Source: Candidatus Uhrbacteria bacterium | GTDB taxonomy: Bacteria; Patescibacteriota; Patescibacteriia; UBA9934 | Direction of reading: 5' to 3' | Length of the DNA: 64,000 nt | NCBI GenBank assembly: GCA_963822405.1 | Contig: CAWGHH010000002.1 | Location: 23,569 to 87,568, forward strand | Shown here: one piece after another, positions 62,946 through 64,000 of the stretch | Layout: each line of letters begins with the position of its first letter | How positions within the stretch are numbered: position 1 is the first letter of the stretch | The notes under the pieces: model-generated | The model's input: only the letters and a program-made list of their open reading frames with translations | Told to the model about the DNA's origin: nothing | Database searches by the model: none | Translations under genes and position numbers: made by a program

Positions 62946-64000
62946 TTATATCGTGCCATTGTTTAGGACGAGCTCGGTATCAATCCCTATACTTTTGAGA
63001 AAATATTCGTCATGCGAAACAATAAGCAAAGCGCCTTGGTATTCGCGCAGTGCGTTTTCAATGATTTCTCGGGACGGGATGTCTAAGTGGTTAGTTGGTT
63101 CGTCGAGGATCAAGAGTTGAGATTCTTGCTGCAACAGTATGGCGAGTTGTAGTCGAACGCGTTCACCGTAACTGATATTACGAATTTTCTTGGAGATAAT
63201 ATCGCCCGTAAAAAGAAACGCGCCGAGGGTTGCTCTCGCTCGTGATTCAGTGAATGGTCGTTGCACCTTGCTGACAAACGACTCCATTACGGTTGAATAT
63301 GGATTTAACGTTTCAAGCTGTTGGGCGAAGTATCCAATTCGGACATTCTCGCCTATCTCTACTGTTCCATGATCGGGGGAGAGTTCTCCAGTAATAATGC
63401 GAAGGAGCGTTGATTTACCCGAACCGTTTTCACCGACCAATCGAAAATGGGTTTTTCCGCGTAGCTCAAACGTTACATTCTGCAGTACTGGATGATCGTC
63501 GAAGTGTTTAGATACGTCCGACAATCTCAGTATGAGCTTGCCGGTGTGCACCGCGCCCGCAAAGTTGGCACTAACCATATCTTTTCCCAGCTGGGGCTTG
63601 GCGATTTCCTGGTTTAGGATTTCGCGTTCGAGTCTATGTTCCATTTGCTTCAGTTGTCGGCCCTTGGCGGGACTTGGATGGGCTGTGGCCTCTTGGCGTT
63701 TGAGCGCCATCCACTGTAACATGTCCTTTTTCTTTCGTTGTTGAAGATAGTAATCATCGGTTCGTCTATCGAACTCCAGCGCCTTTTCTTGCTTGAATGC
63801 ATCGTAATTTCCCTGGTAGAGGCTGGTGTGATGATTGGCGGGGTCAATTTCGAGGATTTCTGTTGCGCACACGTTGAGAAATGTTCGGTCGTGAGAAATA
63901 ACAAGAATAATCCCGGAATAGGTCAGGATATTTTCGGTGAGCCATTGACGAGTCACTGTATCGAGATGATTCGTAGGTTCATCGAGGAGTAGCGTGCTTG
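62946..64000 (-). CDS. ABC-F family ATPase (translation-factor-type, EttA/Uup-like), 5' end beyond window
   Basis: Second ABC domain (LSGGERVRLQLAILL, LILDEPTNHLD, LIVSHDEYFL), inter-domain linker, and the end of the first domain (LVISHDRTFL). The reading frame runs open to the window edge. Confidence 0.85.
   Translation of the reverse strand, partial: STLLLDEPTNHLDTVTRQWLTENILTYSGIILVISHDRTFLNVCATEILEIDPANHHTSLYQGNYDAFKQEKALEFDRRTDDYYLQQRKKKDMLQWMALKRQEATAHPSPAKGRQLKQMEHRLEREILNQEIAKPQLGKDMVSANFAGAVHTGKLILRLSDVSKHFDDHPVLQNVTFELRGKTHFRLVGENGSGKSTLLRIITGELSPDHGTVEIGENVRIGYFAQQLETLNPYSTVMESFVSKVQRPFTESRARATLGAFLFTGDIISKKIRNISYGERVRLQLAILLQQESQLLILDEPTNHLDIPSREIIENALREYQGALLIVSHDEYFLKSIGIDTELVLNNGTI

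Noticed and set aside
1-64000. Diversity-generating retroelement or retron (common in small-genome uncultivated bacteria)
   Set aside because: No reverse transcriptase signature (YxDD) in any ORF. No TR/VR pair with adenine-specific mismatches was seen.

Overview
This 64-kb window is one contiguous, gene-dense bacterial chromosomal segment, about 90% coding, with short spacers and frequent 4-11 nt gene overlaps. The gene content (ECF sigma plus membrane-anchored anti-sigma-like pairs, giant Ser/Thr-rich surface proteins, a compact mraY-ftsW-murG...murD...murE cell-wall cluster, many glycosyltransferases, several toxin-antitoxin modules) is consistent with a small-genome bacterium such as the Patescibacteria/CPR. 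That placement is inference only, and several product calls are recalled domain-family names, not alignments. The main blocks, in order:
- 1-1006: ORF-poor, hairpin-rich leader, then metK.
- 2.1-7.4 kb: housekeeping and accessory genes (alpha/beta hydrolase, DinD/Bro-N-like protein, DUF1294, cyclophilin lipoprotein, RecB-like nuclease, C39-like peptidase).
- 7.5-9.1 kb: a GT4 glycosyltransferase, then a divergent HTH regulator with a palindromic operator.
- 9.2-15.2 kb: ECF sigma, anti-sigma-like protein, and two giant surface-protein ORFs joined by a frameshift.
- 15.4-16.8 kb: AbiEi/AbiEii toxin-antitoxin pair plus a small zinc-ribbon gene.
- 16.9-19.4 kb: an 826-aa lipoprotein made of about 17 MopE-like Cys/Asp-rich repeats.
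- 19.5-22.3 kb: a TPR protein and an S8 subtilase.
- 22.3-40.4 kb: a large cell-envelope glycosylation locus. It holds a UXS-like epimerase, GT2 and GT4 enzymes, DUF2304, two GT-C-like polytopic membrane proteins, a CDP-alcohol phosphatidyltransferase, rmlB, rmlD, long-form rmlA, a GNAT, and two further GT2 genes. A HigB/Gp49-XRE toxin-antitoxin pair and Nudix/HIT genes are embedded in it.
- 41.6-47.6 kb: ctpA, Nudix, rplI, pyrG, an O-antigen-ligase-like gene, rpmA and a NifU-like gene.
- 47.9-51.2 kb: mraY, ftsW, murG.
- 52.0-55.0 kb: a visibly GC-richer islet of orphan genes around tRNA-Lys.
- 55.1-62.1 kb: a P-type ATPase, murD, a PIN (VapC-like) module, murE-like, an FtsB-like gene and a parvulin.
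- 62.2-64.0 kb: tRNA-Thr and tRNA-Gly on the minus strand, a HIT-like gene, and a partial ABC-F ATPase.

The most unusual signal is two families of short GC-rich palindromic hairpin repeats. Family A is GTARGGGKCGAC-N6-GTCGMCCC. Family B is CCCCCTTCCAGGGGG.../CCCCCTCC...GGAGGGGG. Copies are inserted in-frame inside intact protein-coding genes. Seven family-A copies sit in one membrane-protein gene, one in a nuclease gene, and family-B copies sit in a GT4 gene, a peptidase linker and a hypothetical gene; other copies lie in intergenic spacers. This resembles Rickettsia palindromic elements. No CRISPR array, reverse transcriptase, integrase or phage structural genes were seen.
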